DNA from: an uncultured Gammaproteobacteria bacterium
GTDB taxonomy: Bacteria > Patescibacteriota > Patescibacteriia > Magasanikbacterales > UBA922
Assembly (NCBI GenBank): GCA_964519725.1
Contig: CAZFKS010000001.1
Coordinates: 119,270 to 183,269 of the forward strand
Reading direction: 5' to 3'
DNA length: 64,000 bases
A program made the translations under genes and the position numbers. The notes below the pieces were generated by a model, which worked only from the letters and a program-made list of their open reading frames with translations, made no database searches and was not told the origin of the DNA. Position 1 is the stretch's first letter. Every line of letters starts with the position of its first letter. This document shows positions 29,967 to 40,821 of the stretch, in pieces.

Positions 29967-30869
29967 TTATTCCAGAGCCATCGCACCACCAGCAATTTCC
30001 GCAATTTCTTGCGTGATTGCAGCTTGACGAGCTTTGTTAAATTCTAAGGTTAATATCTTAATCATGTCACCGGCAGCAGAACTGGCATTTTTCATCGCCA
30101 CCATCCGCGCACTATGTTCACTGGCAGCCGATTCCAAAATGGCTTGGAATACTTGCACTTCAACGAGTCGTGGCAAAATACTTTCCGTCACTGCTTCAGG
30201 ACCTGGTTCAAATTCATATTCTGTTCGCAAATCAACCACTGGTGTAGGGCCATCATACACATCCCCAAGTAAAGCCTCCACATCCTCGGTGGTTACTGGG
30301 AGTAATTGACGAATACGTACTTCTTGGCGCAAACTAGAAACAAAGTCAGTGTAAATTACAAACACTTTGTCATATTTTTTTTCCAAAAATCCCGTGCGGG
30401 CCAGACCAGTAATTGGTGAAATATCAGCAAAACTTGGTTGCACTGGTAATTCGTCAAAAGCCGCAATTAAATTGTAACCATGTTTTTTAACAAACGCGGC
30501 ACTCTTGCGACCAACCCCAATCACATCGACATTTGTTTTGGCCACACCAATTTTTTCAGCAAGGAGTTTGTGAGCTTTTTTGAAAACATTAGAGTTAAAA
30601 CTGCCGCAAAGGCCCCGGTTTGAACTAATCAAAACCACCAGAACATTCTCCACCTTGCGCACTTCAGTGAGCGGAGTTTCTACATTTTCCATTTTGCTTA
30701 AGCGAAGCAAAAGATCGCGTGCCAAAGTCGCGTAAAGGCGGGTAGCAAGCGTGGCTTGCACGGCTTTACGCATTTTGGCAGCCGAGACCATTTCCATGGC
30801 CTTGGTCATTTTTTTGGTATTCTTGACCGACTTGATCCGCTGCTTAATTGCTTTGGTATTAATGGCCAT
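29967..30869 (-). CDS. atpG: ATP synthase gamma subunit
   Basis: KMTKAMEMVSAAK, RGLCGSFN, SEHSARMVAM, RQAAITQEIAEI. Confidence 0.97.
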   Translation of the reverse strand: MAINTKAIKQRIKSVKNTKKMTKAMEMVSAAKMRKAVQATLATRLYATLARDLLLRLSKMENVETPLTEVRKVENVLVVLISSNRGLCGSFNSNVFKKAHKLLAEKIGVAKTNVDVIGVGRKSAAFVKKHGYNLIAAFDELPVQPSFADISPITGLARTGFLEKKYDKVFVIYTDFVSSLRQEVRIRQLLPVTTEDVEALLGDVYDGPTPVVDLRTEYEFEPGPEAVTESILPRLVEVQVFQAILESAASEHSARMVAMKNASSAAGDMIKILTLEFNKARQAAITQEIAEIAGGAMALE

Positions 30870-30870
30870 A

Positions 30871-32361
30871 TTAGGCAAAAAATTCGGTGGCGGCTTCTTT
30901 TAACGCATTCTCAGTTTCGCCGCTCCAATCACCACCAGCAATTTTATCCATTAATTGGATTTTACTGTTGTTTAGGAAAGCAACAAAAGCGTTTTGTTTA
31001 GTTTGGATTTCTTCCATAACAACTTTATCAAAGAAACCATTGTTGGCCGCGTAAATAACGGCAACTTGTTCGGCCACACTCATTGGCGCGTACTGTGGTT
31101 GTTTCAAAAGTTCAGTCACACGGCGACCACGTTCAATTTGTTTTTTAGTTTCTGGATCAAGGTCACTTGAGAATTGTGAGAAGGCTTCTAATTCACGGAA
31201 TTGAGCGAGTGCGAGTTTGAGTGAACCAGCCACTTTTTTCATTGGTTTAATTTGGGCTGAACCACCAACCCGTGACACTGACAAACCAACGTTTAAAGCA
31301 GGACGAATACCACGGAAGAATAAATCAGTTTCAAGGAAAATTTGACCGTCAGTAATTGAGATCACATTAGTTGGAATGTAAGCCGAAATATCACCAGCTT
31401 GAGTTTCAATAATTGGCAGCGCAGTAATTGAACCACCACCATTTTCTTTGTTCAAATTGCAAGCGCGTTCGAGTAAACGGGAGTGGAGATAAAACACGTC
31501 CCCTGGGTAAGCTTCACGTCCTGGTGGGCGGCGTAACAAGAGTGACATTTCGCGGTAAGCCCAAGCTTGCTTGGTCAAATCATCGTACACAATCAAAACA
31601 TCTTTGCCTTTGTCAGCAAAATATTCAGCCATGGTTACACCAGAGTATGGGGCCAAGTATGAAAGCGGAGCTGGTTCAGACGCGCCGGCCACAACCACAA
31701 TGGTGTAGTCCATGGCACCAGCTTCTTTTAATTTATTTACAACCCGAGCGACTTTTGATTCTTTTTGACCAACTGCCACATACACACAAACCACATTCTG
31801 GCCTTTTTGGTTAATGATCGCATCAATTGCCACTGCGGTTTTACCCGTTTGGCGGTCACCAATAATAAGCTCACGTTGCCCACGACCAACTGGAATGAGT
31901 GCATCAATCGCTTTAATACCAGTTTGCATTGGCCGGTTAACCGGTTCACGAGTCATTACGCCCGGTGCCACGCGTTCAATTGGGTAAAATTTATCAGCTT
32001 TAATCGCCGCACCACCATCAACCGGTTCACCCAGTGGATTTACCACGCGACCAATCAGTCCATCAGCTACTGGCACAGACATAATGCGGCCAGTACGCTT
32101 AACAGTATCCCCTTCTTTAATTTGTTTAAAATCACCCAGAATAATTGCACCAACAGTTTCTTCTTCAAGGTTAAGGGCTACCCCCATGGTGCCATTACCA
32201 AAATCAAGCATTTCTTGGGCCTGACATTTTGATAAGCCAGTCATGCGGGCAATACCATCACCAACTTCAATAACCGTGCCGATTTCTTGTACTTCAGCGG
32301 TTGGAGCAAATTGATCTAAATTTTTCTTCAGCGAGTTTAGTACAGTATCAGTGTAAGACAT
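30871..32361 (-). CDS. atpA: ATP synthase alpha subunit
   Basis: [31 protein letters not shown]. Confidence 0.98.
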   Translation of the reverse strand: MSYTDTVLNSLKKNLDQFAPTAEVQEIGTVIEVGDGIARMTGLSKCQAQEMLDFGNGTMGVALNLEEETVGAIILGDFKQIKEGDTVKRTGRIMSVPVADGLIGRVVNPLGEPVDGGAAIKADKFYPIERVAPGVMTREPVNRPMQTGIKAIDALIPVGRGQRELIIGDRQTGKTAVAIDAIINQKGQNVVCVYVAVGQKESKVARVVNKLKEAGAMDYTIVVVAGASEPAPLSYLAPYSGVTMAEYFADKGKDVLIVYDDLTKQAWAYREMSLLLRRPPGREAYPGDVFYLHSRLLERACNLNKENGGGSITALPIIETQAGDISAYIPTNVISITDGQIFLETDLFFRGIRPALNVGLSVSRVGGSAQIKPMKKVAGSLKLALAQFRELEAFSQFSSDLDPETKKQIERGRRVTELLKQPQYAPMSVAEQVAVIYAANNGFFDKVVMEEIQTKQNAFVAFLNNSKIQLMDKIAGGDWSGETENALKEAATEFFA

Positions 32362-32362
32362 A

Positions 32363-32749
32363 TTATTTAGCTAAGGATTTTTCTAATTGTTGTAATTGAC
32401 CTTTGAGTGACGCATCGTATTCATGCGAACTGGTTTTAATTTTCAGTCCGCCGAGTAAGTCTGGATTAGTGGTCACTTTGATTTGTGCTCTGCTTCCCAG
32501 AATTTTTTCTACTGCTTGCTGCACAATTTTTTCTGGTAATTCGCGCGCTGTCGTTACTTCAGCGGTTATAATTCCCTCTTGTCGGTTGGCGTATTCTTCA
32601 AATTCTTTCATGATCGCTGGCAATTTTTTGAGCGCGTGCTTGTCTTCTAAAAATCGGAGAAATTCTCTGGTCACCGCGTTCACATCTTTTGCTTCGCGCG
32701 TTAGATTGTATAGTATTTTGGCGTAGTGCCGCGGTAAAAGTTTTGGCAT
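32363..32749 (-). CDS. atpH: ATP synthase delta subunit (short form)
   Basis: [34 protein letters not shown]; lies between atpF and atpA. Confidence 0.88.
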   Translation of the reverse strand: MPKLLPRHYAKILYNLTREAKDVNAVTREFLRFLEDKHALKKLPAIMKEFEEYANRQEGIITAEVTTARELPEKIVQQAVEKILGSRAQIKVTTNPDLLGGLKIKTSSHEYDASLKGQLQQLEKSLAK

Positions 32750-32750
32750 A

Positions 32751-33335
32751 TTATTCCATTGACTTAACCGTATCACTAATTAATTTTTGGTCAGATTTAT
32801 CATCCATTTTGGTACGCAAAATTTTCTCAGTCGCACCAGTGACTAGGCCAGCGAGCTCAGCGCGCACTTCAGCCATCATGGTTTCACGTTCAGTAGCCAA
32901 TTGTTTTTTCCCAGCCAAAACTAAACTTTCAATTTCAGCTTTAGTTGTTTCTTTCATTTTATTTTTGTACTCCTCAGCATCAGCTTTGGCTGTGGCTAAA
33001 ACTTCGTTCGCGTCAGCCTTCGCTTTAGCAATCGCTGCATCGTATTCTTCTTTACTTTTGGTTACTTGTGACGCAATGATTTCGGCACGATCAAGTGATT
33101 CATCGATAATCTTTTTGCGTTCATCCATTTTTTTAGTGAGTGGTTTCAAAATTAAAAACCACACAATCGCGGCCACGAGTGCAAAGTTAAATAATTGCCA
33201 GCCAAACATTGAAGCATTTAAACCGAGCGATGCAATTACACTTTCATCAGCTGGCGCAGCTTCGTGACCAGTTGTTTCGTGACCAACATTTTCTTGGGCC
33301 ACTGTTGTTTCCATGATTTCGTGACTTTCAATCAT
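32751..33335 (-). CDS. atpF: ATP synthase b subunit
   Basis: QLFNF TM helix, KPL...MDERK, then a coiled coil. Confidence 0.93.
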   Translation of the reverse strand: MIESHEIMETTVAQENVGHETTGHEAAPADESVIASLGLNASMFGWQLFNFALVAAIVWFLILKPLTKKMDERKKIIDESLDRAEIIASQVTKSKEEYDAAIAKAKADANEVLATAKADAEEYKNKMKETTKAEIESLVLAGKKQLATERETMMAEVRAELAGLVTGATEKILRTKMDDKSDQKLISDTVKSME

Positions 33336-33391
33336 ATATTCATTAAATAAATCAATGAATGATCTGAACGATGGTTCAGATCATGATCAAT

Positions 33392-33616
33392 TTACTTGAG
33401 AGTAAATACTACTACGAGTGAGTAGATCGCAATCGCTTCAGCGAAAGCAGCGCCAAGAAGCATTGGCACGAAAACTTTTCCGCCGGCTTCTGGGTTGCGG
33501 CCAATGGCTTCCATGGCCTTTGAAACAATTTTACCAATGGCAAAAGCTGGAGCTACGCCACCAAGGGCCATAGTTGCCGCTTTCATCATGATCACGACTG
33601 ATTCATGTTCCATCAT
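33392..33616 (-). CDS. atpE: ATP synthase c subunit
   Basis: GRNPEA loop; conserved Glu in AFAEAIAIY. Confidence 0.96.
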   Translation of the reverse strand: MMEHESVVIMMKAATMALGGVAPAFAIGKIVSKAMEAIGRNPEAGGKVFVPMLLGAAFAEAIAIYSLVVVFTLK

Positions 33617-33752
33617 ATAGATGTGTTTAGTGTTTGGGTCGAGGGATCTTTTGGGGAAAAGTTTTTAACCTCGCCTTCACACGTGAATTAAAGTCCAGAA
33701 TTATTTTCTGGTTAACCCTGCCTTTTGCAAAGCAAGGATTACCAACCAATAA

Positions 33753-34535
33753 TTAGTGTTCAGCTCCGTGCGGCGCTTCACTGGCCAAAGTTAAATATAC
33801 CAAGGTTAACATTGCAAAAACTGAAGCTTGAATTAATCCAACCAAAAGTTCCAGCATCATAAACGGAGTTGGTACGAGCGCAATTGCCAGCGCGCTAATC
33901 ACTGAAATTAAAACTTCACCCGCAAAAATATTTCCAAACAACCGTAATGAAAGGGACAGCATTTTAGCAAATTCACTAATGATTTCTAGTAAACCAACCG
34001 CAAATTCCACAACGGCGCTAAAGATTCCGATCGGCCCTTTTTTTACACTCATTACCAATTGTTTAAGCTGCACAAATTTTCCGAGGTGTGTAAACACACC
34101 AATTGCTGCAAAGGCATAAAGGTGTGAGGCAAACACCGCGACTATGGCCATGGCCGCAGTTAAATTTAAATCAGTATTAGCTGGACGAAGCAGCATGCTG
34201 TGACCAACTGTAATACTTCCTGTTCCTGGTAAAAGTCCAAGCCAGTTAGACAACAAAATAAAAAAGAAGATAGAACCTACCAGCGGAAAAAAGCGCCGCG
34301 TTTTTGTTCTATCTCCAGTCACTTGGTCAAAATAACCAAATAAAATTTCAATAATGTGCTCAAAGCCGTTTTGGAATTTACCTGGCCGCAGTTTGGCACT
34401 GCGTGAAACCACCATTCCAATAATCAGGAAAATAATAATTGCCAGCCAACTGTTAATCATGGTGTTGGTCACAGTAACTGGACCAAGGTGGAACAGGGCT
34501 TCAGGTGCAAGAGTCGGAATGTGAATTTCAGCCAT
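33753..34535 (-). CDS. atpB: ATP synthase a subunit
   Basis: NWLGLLPG, SLSLRLFGNIFAGE, LIQASVFAMLT. Confidence 0.96.
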   Translation of the reverse strand: MAEIHIPTLAPEALFHLGPVTVTNTMINSWLAIIIFLIIGMVVSRSAKLRPGKFQNGFEHIIEILFGYFDQVTGDRTKTRRFFPLVGSIFFFILLSNWLGLLPGTGSITVGHSMLLRPANTDLNLTAAMAIVAVFASHLYAFAAIGVFTHLGKFVQLKQLVMSVKKGPIGIFSAVVEFAVGLLEIISEFAKMLSLSLRLFGNIFAGEVLISVISALAIALVPTPFMMLELLVGLIQASVFAMLTLVYLTLASEAPHGAEH

Positions 34536-34536
34536 A

Positions 34537-34833
34537 TTAATTGTGATCTTTATTCTTTTCGTTTCTTTTTTCGGTGTCAGCCAAAGTATTTAACTCGGAA
34601 AATTCTTTTCCGTATTGTTTGGCTTTTTTGTAGATCATTTTTCCAGAGACCAGGGCCGCTAGAATGAATGATCCAATCGTGAACTTGTAGCCTGTGCCAT
34701 ATTTTCCGTCGAGCCATTGACCTAGAATGACGAAAGCGACCACCGGAACCGCAATGGCGGCCCCAAAGTCCCCCACGACCCGCATGGCCATCATGGCGTA
34801 CTTCCGGTCAGTTTCTGAGGAAAATAGAGGCAT
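34537..34833 (-). CDS. AtpZ/AtpI-family membrane protein
   Basis: Two TM helices with LGQWLD.KYGT; first gene of the atp operon. Confidence 0.8.
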   Translation of the reverse strand: MPLFSSETDRKYAMMAMRVVGDFGAAIAVPVVAFVILGQWLDGKYGTGYKFTIGSFILAALVSGKMIYKKAKQYGKEFSELNTLADTEKRNEKNKDHN

Positions 34834-34960
34834 AGCTTTTAAAGTGACGCCGATATGATACAAGAAAATAAAGCTTCCGTCAATCTTTTTTTGTATAAGT
34901 CCCCAAAAGCTCAGTAAATCGCTTCAAAAGGCTCTATTGAGCCAAAATACTGAACTTTTG

Positions 34961-35473
34961 CTAAAAACTCAAAAGCACGGCGCCAAAGAAATAACCCACC
35001 AGCAAAGTAGTAATTGCCCAGGTAAACGCACTCAAAATATTCCACCAAAAAAAATCTTTATATTTCATTTTGGTTAGTCCCGCGATAAACGGGACAATGG
35101 AACGTAAGGGGCCAATAAAACGGGCCAGGAAAACACTTTTAGTACCATGTGCTGCAAAAAATTTTTCACCCTTTTGCAAATGACTAGGTTTAAAAAATTT
35201 ATTGGTTGGTTTGAATAAACCAGTTGAACGTGTGCCAAAATAAAAACTCAAATTATCACCAATAATTGCACCAAGAGTTACAAACCAAATCAAATCTACC
35301 AAATCAAAAGTGCGTTCAGCAGCCAAAAATCCCGCTAACAAAACTAAAGGTGTGCCTGGTACGACGAGCCCAAGCAAACTAGCTGACTCAAACGCAAAAA
35401 TACAAACCATAACCCAGTAACCCCAAAAACCAAGGTTCTGCAAATCAGGTAAAATAGTTTGTAAATAATCCAT
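34961..35473 (-). CDS. DedA-family membrane protein
   Basis: ES...G.VVPG, GAIIGDNLSF, ARFIGPLR..VPF.AG. Confidence 0.92.
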   Translation of the reverse strand: MDYLQTILPDLQNLGFWGYWVMVCIFAFESASLLGLVVPGTPLVLLAGFLAAERTFDLVDLIWFVTLGAIIGDNLSFYFGTRSTGLFKPTNKFFKPSHLQKGEKFFAAHGTKSVFLARFIGPLRSIVPFIAGLTKMKYKDFFWWNILSAFTWAITTLLVGYFFGAVLLSF

Positions 35474-35474
35474 A

Positions 35475-38048
35475 TTATTTAGTGTGAGTAGCTAATTCGC
35501 TTTTATTACTAAACCAGTAATAACCACGTTTCACAATTTCCGTAATGAAAAAGTATAGGACCGCGATTACCAGAACAGCAATATAATCTTGTTTTGTCGG
35601 TAAAGTAAATTTGAAAATTTCACGCATGGTTGGAATAAGAGGTAAGGCCAAAGTTACGATCATGGCTGTAATAGTTAGCCAAATAATAGTAAGTGATGGA
35701 CGTTTGGCCTGCCAGCTCCAACCGCGCGCGCGAATTGAGAATAAAAATAATAATTCAGTCACAATACTACCCATGAACCAATTGGTTTGTAGACCCATTG
35801 GCCCTTGACCTTTGAAATAGGCAAAGTAAATAAAATCAAACAGTGAACTAACTAAACCAAGGGTGGTGGCAATGAGCGCAATTTCTTTGATGTCATATTG
35901 TTTTGGTTTTTTAATCGCAGCACCATCCACCCGATCAGTCGCAATCGCAATCATTGGAAAATCAGAGAGTAAATTAAGCAACAAAATTTGAAGCGGCAAC
36001 ATTGGTAAAAAATCAATCAAAAGTGAGGCCACTGCAACGGCGTAAAAATTTCCCAGGTTTGAAGCCAGCGTAGATTTAATGTACGTCAGGGTATTTACAA
36101 ACACTACGCGGCCCTCACGAATACCATCAATGATCACATTTAAACTTTTTTGTAAAAGCACCACGTCCGCAGCTTCACGCGCGACGTCCGAAGCTTCAGC
36201 CACAACGAGTCCAACTTGCGCAATTTTGAGTGCTGGCGCATCATTAATCCCCTCACCCAAAAATCCGACTTGGTGTTTAGTTTGGAGCAGTTGGATGATC
36301 CGATATTTTTCACTTGGATTGACACGCGCAAATACAGCAGTGTTTTCAGCGGCGCGGAGTTGATCAGATTCTGGTAATTTGAGTAAATCCGCGGCTGTTA
36401 AAACCTGATTACTTTCAGTCACCAAACCAACTTCACGGCCAATCGCTTCAGCTACTTCGGCGCCATCACCAGTAATAATTTTAACCGCTACGCCTAGGGC
36501 CTTAGCTTCTGCAATTGCCGCTTTACTAGTTGGTTTTAGTGGATCAACAAATGAAATTAAACCAATTCCTTCAACCCCGTCTTCGGCTTTCACTAAATCC
36601 GCACTATCAGTTTTCTTGGCTTTTTTGGCTGCCACCATAATTACGCGCCGGCCTTTTTTCCCTTCCGCTTCTAGCCAAGCGAGCGCGGTTTTGTCCGTAG
36701 TTTTAATGTCTGATAAAGCCGCCACTTCAGCAAAGGCACCGCGCACAATTAATTTAGTTTGTGTACTCGTGGCACACAAAACTACATTGCGACGCCGGGC
36801 TGGATCAAAGGGTAAATCCGCCAGCATGGAACAAGCACTTAATTTTTGTTTGTCAGTTTTAGATAATTCTTTAGCCAGTGCAATATCAAACGAGTTGTTC
36901 GCTTCTTTGCCAGTTTCGTGCAAAAATGGCGCTGCTTCAGCGGCCGTTAAAATTACCTCGGCTTTTTTGTACGCACCAAATGGCAGAACTTCAGCCACGG
37001 TCAATTCATTTTGCGTAATCGTTCCAGTTTTATCTGAACACAAAATTTCAATCCCACCCAAATCTTCAATGGCTGACAAACGTTTCACGACCACTTTTTT
37101 CTTGGCTAAATGCAAAGCTCCGCGGGACAAAGAAAAAGTTGTCACCACTGGCAAAGCTTCGGGAATCACACTAATCGCGAGCGCAATTGAGAAAATAATT
37201 AGTTCAATTAAATCACTGCGGCTAGCCGATTTAATGGTCACATTGGCAATAAAAACTAATAGCAAGGTGCCAAAAATTAAACGCAAAATAAAGGTACTTA
37301 GACTTTTAATGCCTTTTTCAAAACCACTTTCGCGCACCGTGTCAGCGGCTAAGTGCGCAATACTACCCATCACTGAATTAGCACCAGTCGCTACCACTAC
37401 CGCCGTCGCCTTGCCTTCGACAATGGTTGTACCAGAAAAAACCACATTTGTGCCATCGTACACATCAGTTGGTTTTTTGACTGACTCAATTGTTTTGTTC
37501 ACTGGTACTGATTCACCAGTTAACACAGTTTCATTAACGGTTAAACCCGCAGTAGAAATTACGCGCGCGTCTGCTGGAACAATATCACCAGTTTGTAAAA
37601 TTAAAATATCACCCGGTACTAAATCAGTGCTTGGTACCAAGGTTTCTTTGCCTGCCCGAATGGTGCGCGCTTTAGCCACTACCAGTGAACTCAAAGTGGC
37701 GAGCATTTTTTCTGACCGAAATTCTTGAATAAACCCAAGAACAACATTAATTACAATAAACAAAACAATCATGCACGCATCGATCTTTTCCCCAAACATT
37801 AGTGACAGCGGGACTGTAGCGAGCAAAATATAAATAAACGGCGACGCAAATTGCCGCCAAAGCACATGGTACCAGCGTACTTTTTGTTTTCCTAATTCAT
37901 TTAAACCAAATTTGGTTTGACGCGTTTTAATTTCAGTTTCAGACAAACCAGTTTCAGTGACATTTAAATTATGCAAAACTTCTTCCGCACTCACATGACT
38001 ATATTCCAACCACTTCGCCGTGGTGTTTGGCAAAGTATTTTTTTTCAT
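35475..38048 (-). CDS. P-type cation-transporting ATPase (MgtA-like)
   Basis: TGES, PEALP, CSDKTGT, TGD, GEGINDAPAL, QILLLNLLSDF. Confidence 0.9.
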   Translation of the reverse strand: MKKNTLPNTTAKWLEYSHVSAEEVLHNLNVTETGLSETEIKTRQTKFGLNELGKQKVRWYHVLWRQFASPFIYILLATVPLSLMFGEKIDACMIVLFIVINVVLGFIQEFRSEKMLATLSSLVVAKARTIRAGKETLVPSTDLVPGDILILQTGDIVPADARVISTAGLTVNETVLTGESVPVNKTIESVKKPTDVYDGTNVVFSGTTIVEGKATAVVVATGANSVMGSIAHLAADTVRESGFEKGIKSLSTFILRLIFGTLLLVFIANVTIKSASRSDLIELIIFSIALAISVIPEALPVVTTFSLSRGALHLAKKKVVVKRLSAIEDLGGIEILCSDKTGTITQNELTVAEVLPFGAYKKAEVILTAAEAAPFLHETGKEANNSFDIALAKELSKTDKQKLSACSMLADLPFDPARRRNVVLCATSTQTKLIVRGAFAEVAALSDIKTTDKTALAWLEAEGKKGRRVIMVAAKKAKKTDSADLVKAEDGVEGIGLISFVDPLKPTSKAAIAEAKALGVAVKIITGDGAEVAEAIGREVGLVTESNQVLTAADLLKLPESDQLRAAENTAVFARVNPSEKYRIIQLLQTKHQVGFLGEGINDAPALKIAQVGLVVAEASDVAREAADVVLLQKSLNVIIDGIREGRVVFVNTLTYIKSTLASNLGNFYAVAVASLLIDFLPMLPLQILLLNLLSDFPMIAIATDRVDGAAIKKPKQYDIKEIALIATTLGLVSSLFDFIYFAYFKGQGPMGLQTNWFMGSIVTELLFLFSIRARGWSWQAKRPSLTIIWLTITAMIVTLALPLIPTMREIFKFTLPTKQDYIAVLVIAVLYFFITEIVKRGYYWFSNKSELATHTK

Positions 38049-38049
38049 A

Positions 38050-38799
38050 CTAAACTAATTTGGCCAACAGAAAAATTAACGTTGACCAGGCCAAGAACGC
38101 ACTCAGTGGCACGCGGTCTAATTTTTCTTGACGTTTTACAAGAGCACATAAAATGGAATACAAGGCAGCGCCAACATAAGCCACGGCTGTGCCAAGCACA
38201 ATTGCATTCCAGCCAATTAAAGCGCCACTGAGCGCTCCAACCCACATATCTTCAGAACTCACCCAGCGCCCGCGCGAGAGTACATATTGCCACAAGAAAA
38301 AACCAGCCGCCACCAGTGCACCAGTGCCACTAGCCGAAAAATTTGGCAACCAACTAGTCTGCAGACTTAGTAATCCAACTAAAACCAAACCAGTAGCCCA
38401 AATCAAGGGTACTGGAATTTCTTGCCAAAAAAAATCGTTCATGACAATGGTGACTAGGCACGCACTAACTACAAAAAATCCAAGCAGTGACCACCAATTC
38501 AATTGCGGCTGGTGGTAAAAAACTCCGGCCCAAATTGAGCCAATTAACACTTCAGCCAGCAGCGAATAGTAAGGTGCATCATGGCCACACTTTTGACATT
38601 TACCGCGTACGATAAAAAACCCTAACACTGGAATCAGGGCCACGGCTGACAGTTGTTTACCACAGTGGTCACACACTGAACGTTGACCAAGTGATTTATT
38701 TTTGTTTGCCTTACTCTGACGCCACGCAAAACACAACAACAGGGACGCTGCAATTGCACCAAAAGCAAATAAAGCCGCACTAATTAAACCGAGCGGCAT
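38050..38799 (-). CDS. Prepilin peptidase (A24-like, divergent)
   Basis: RSVCDHC..LIPVLGF...RGKCQKC zinc motif; two membrane Asp residues (NDFF, SEDM). Confidence 0.8.
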   Translation of the reverse strand: MPLGLISAALFAFGAIAASLLLCFAWRQSKANKNKSLGQRSVCDHCGKQLSAVALIPVLGFFIVRGKCQKCGHDAPYYSLLAEVLIGSIWAGVFYHQPQLNWWSLLGFFVVSACLVTIVMNDFFWQEIPVPLIWATGLVLVGLLSLQTSWLPNFSASGTGALVAAGFFLWQYVLSRGRWVSSEDMWVGALSGALIGWNAIVLGTAVAYVGAALYSILCALVKRQEKLDRVPLSAFLAWSTLIFLLAKLV

Positions 38800-38806
38800 A
38801 AAAAAT

Positions 38807-39247
38807 TTATTGACCGTTTTTAATTACAAATGGATCAACGGCAATTGGTCCGGCTGCGAGTGTATCAGTACCAGCTTCTAAAGTTGCTAAAATTTTGAAT
38901 GTTTTTCCGTCGGTTGAAACATACACATAAGTGCCAGAGCCTGGATCATGTGGAATTACAGGCATGAGCGGTTCTGTACAACCCAGCGGGCCAAAACCAG
39001 TCGCGTTCAAACACACCGCATTACCAACTCCCAGCGGAACACCACCGGGCTGCGTGGTTGGGTAGCTATTGCGCTTGTTGAAATAACTTTCGAGTGCAAA
39101 CCGAACCTGAGTCATGTCTGACAAACGAATCGCATCATTAGCTTTTTTACGCGCTGAGCCAAGCGCAATCACCGCCAGGGTGGACAGTAATGCGATCACA
39201 GCAATAACAACGAGTAATTCAATCAGGGTAAAGCCTTTGCGATTCAT
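38807..39247 (-). CDS. Type IV pilin/pseudopilin
   Basis: KGFTLIELLVVIAVIALL prepilin motif, followed by DAIRLSD and IPHDP. Confidence 0.92.
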   Translation of the reverse strand: MNRKGFTLIELLVVIAVIALLSTLAVIALGSARKKANDAIRLSDMTQVRFALESYFNKRNSYPTTQPGGVPLGVGNAVCLNATGFGPLGCTEPLMPVIPHDPGSGTYVYVSTDGKTFKILATLEAGTDTLAAGPIAVDPFVIKNGQ

Positions 39248-39255
39248 AAAAATAA

Positions 39256-39633
39256 TTAATGTTTCAAAACTTTTTTAACTTCAGCCACAGTAGCTGAAGG
39301 TCGACAGTGGGCTTTAATTAAGTACGAAGCAGCCCCAAGTTCAAGCCCCTTTTCTACATCTTCTTTTTGCCCCAAATTAGTTAGTAAAATCACGGGAATG
39401 TGCGCAGTACTTTTATCTTTTTTTAATTCTTGCAACACTGCAAAACCATCCAGGTGCGGGAGCAAAATATCGAGCAAAATAATATCTGGTTTTTTCTTGC
39501 GCGCAGCCTCGAGACCGTCTTCACCATTTTCAGCCACTGAAACTTTAAAATCTTCTTGTTCAAATTTCGTGCGGTAGATTGACGCTAAAAAAGTGTCGTC
39601 TTCTACTAGCAAAAGGTGGGTGCTACTCGCCAT
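39256..39633 (-). CDS. Single-domain response regulator
   Basis: LLVEDD, ILLDILLP..DG, VILLTN, YLIK. Confidence 0.93.
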   Translation of the reverse strand: MASSTHLLLVEDDTFLASIYRTKFEQEDFKVSVAENGEDGLEAARKKKPDIILLDILLPHLDGFAVLQELKKDKSTAHIPVILLTNLGQKEDVEKGLELGAASYLIKAHCRPSATVAEVKKVLKH

Positions 39634-39672
39634 ATAGATACAGTATACCAAAGTGGGAAAATTTAGCTACAG

Positions 39673-40791
39673 TTAAAAATTTCTCAGGGCCAGGCCAATG
39701 GAAACCGCCATCCGGGGCGCCAGGTCATGGAGGAGAGGTTTGAGGCCATCCTGGTACAAAACCCGGGCCCACGGGTCACCAACAAACACCCGGACTGGAA
39801 ATTGGGTTTTTAAGTATTCAACCACTGGCGGAAATTGAGCCGCCCCACCAGTTAAAATAATTTTTTCTGGTTTGCGATTTTCATTGCCAGTCTGGCTCAG
39901 GTACAAATCAAAGTGGTACTGAATTTCTTTGGCCAGTGGTTCCAGGAATCTAATAAATGGTTCAGACGTAACTAACGCACTTGAAATATTGGAGACATCG
40001 TGCTTGAGTAATTGGGCCTGTTTCAAATTAACCCCAAGTCTCTCGGCAATCACCGAATCTAAAATTGAACCACCCAATTGCAAACTCCGCTGAGTCATTG
40101 GCAAGCCTTTATCAATGAGGGAAAAATTGGTGCGTTCAGCGCCAATGTCAACCACCATGGTCAAGGCCTCATCTTTACCAACCAGTGACCGGGCCAAAGC
40201 AAAGGCTTCAGTTTCTAATTCTTGTAAACTTAAACCAGCTTGTTGAAAAATACGGGTGTAAAACATGACCATGTTTTTTGGCGCGGCTGTGACCAGTAAA
40301 CGGATATAATGTTTTTTTAATTCTTCACTAAGCGGCACTGGCTGATACACAATTTGCATGTCATCCAAAGATTGAGGCAAAACTTTAGCTACCTCAGCGC
40401 GGACCAACTTATCAATTTCTTTTTCTGGAACTTGAGGCAAATTAATAATGGTGTGAAAAACATGAGACACCGGCAAACTAGAGGCAGCGCGCTGGCCCAC
40501 AACCTTAGCTTTTTTAATTAAATCCTTAAGAAGCAAACCGTAGTGATCAGCCCGTTCCGCACTAAATTCATCGGCTTCGGATAGAACTGATTTTTTGGAC
40601 ATGGTTTTTCCAGTTGGACTGAGGGGCGCGGTTTCAGTTGCTGTCGCGTGAATCGCAATTTTTTCTTCAGCAATGCCATAAGTCCACAGCTGTGGGCGCG
40701 CTTTGGTTCGACGAAGTTCAACTAATTTAATTCCCTCTGCGCCAATATCAACGCCAATGTATGATTCAATTTTATTTCCAAATAGTCCCAT
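39673..40791 (-). CDS. pilM: Type IV pilus assembly protein PilM
   Basis: GVDIG..GIKLVEL, E.EAFALARSL, VVDIGAERT, ILTGG, VSIGLALR. Confidence 0.92.
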   Translation of the reverse strand: MGLFGNKIESYIGVDIGAEGIKLVELRRTKARPQLWTYGIAEEKIAIHATATETAPLSPTGKTMSKKSVLSEADEFSAERADHYGLLLKDLIKKAKVVGQRAASSLPVSHVFHTIINLPQVPEKEIDKLVRAEVAKVLPQSLDDMQIVYQPVPLSEELKKHYIRLLVTAAPKNMVMFYTRIFQQAGLSLQELETEAFALARSLVGKDEALTMVVDIGAERTNFSLIDKGLPMTQRSLQLGGSILDSVIAERLGVNLKQAQLLKHDVSNISSALVTSEPFIRFLEPLAKEIQYHFDLYLSQTGNENRKPEKIILTGGAAQFPPVVEYLKTQFPVRVFVGDPWARVLYQDGLKPLLHDLAPRMAVSIGLALRNF

Positions 40792-40821
40792 AACAATGAT
40801 TTGGCTAAGTATACCACAAAC

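Noticed and set aside
36616-37728. 370-aa plus-strand ORF
   Set aside because: Lies wholly antisense to the P-type ATPase and has no recognisable motifs; a shadow frame
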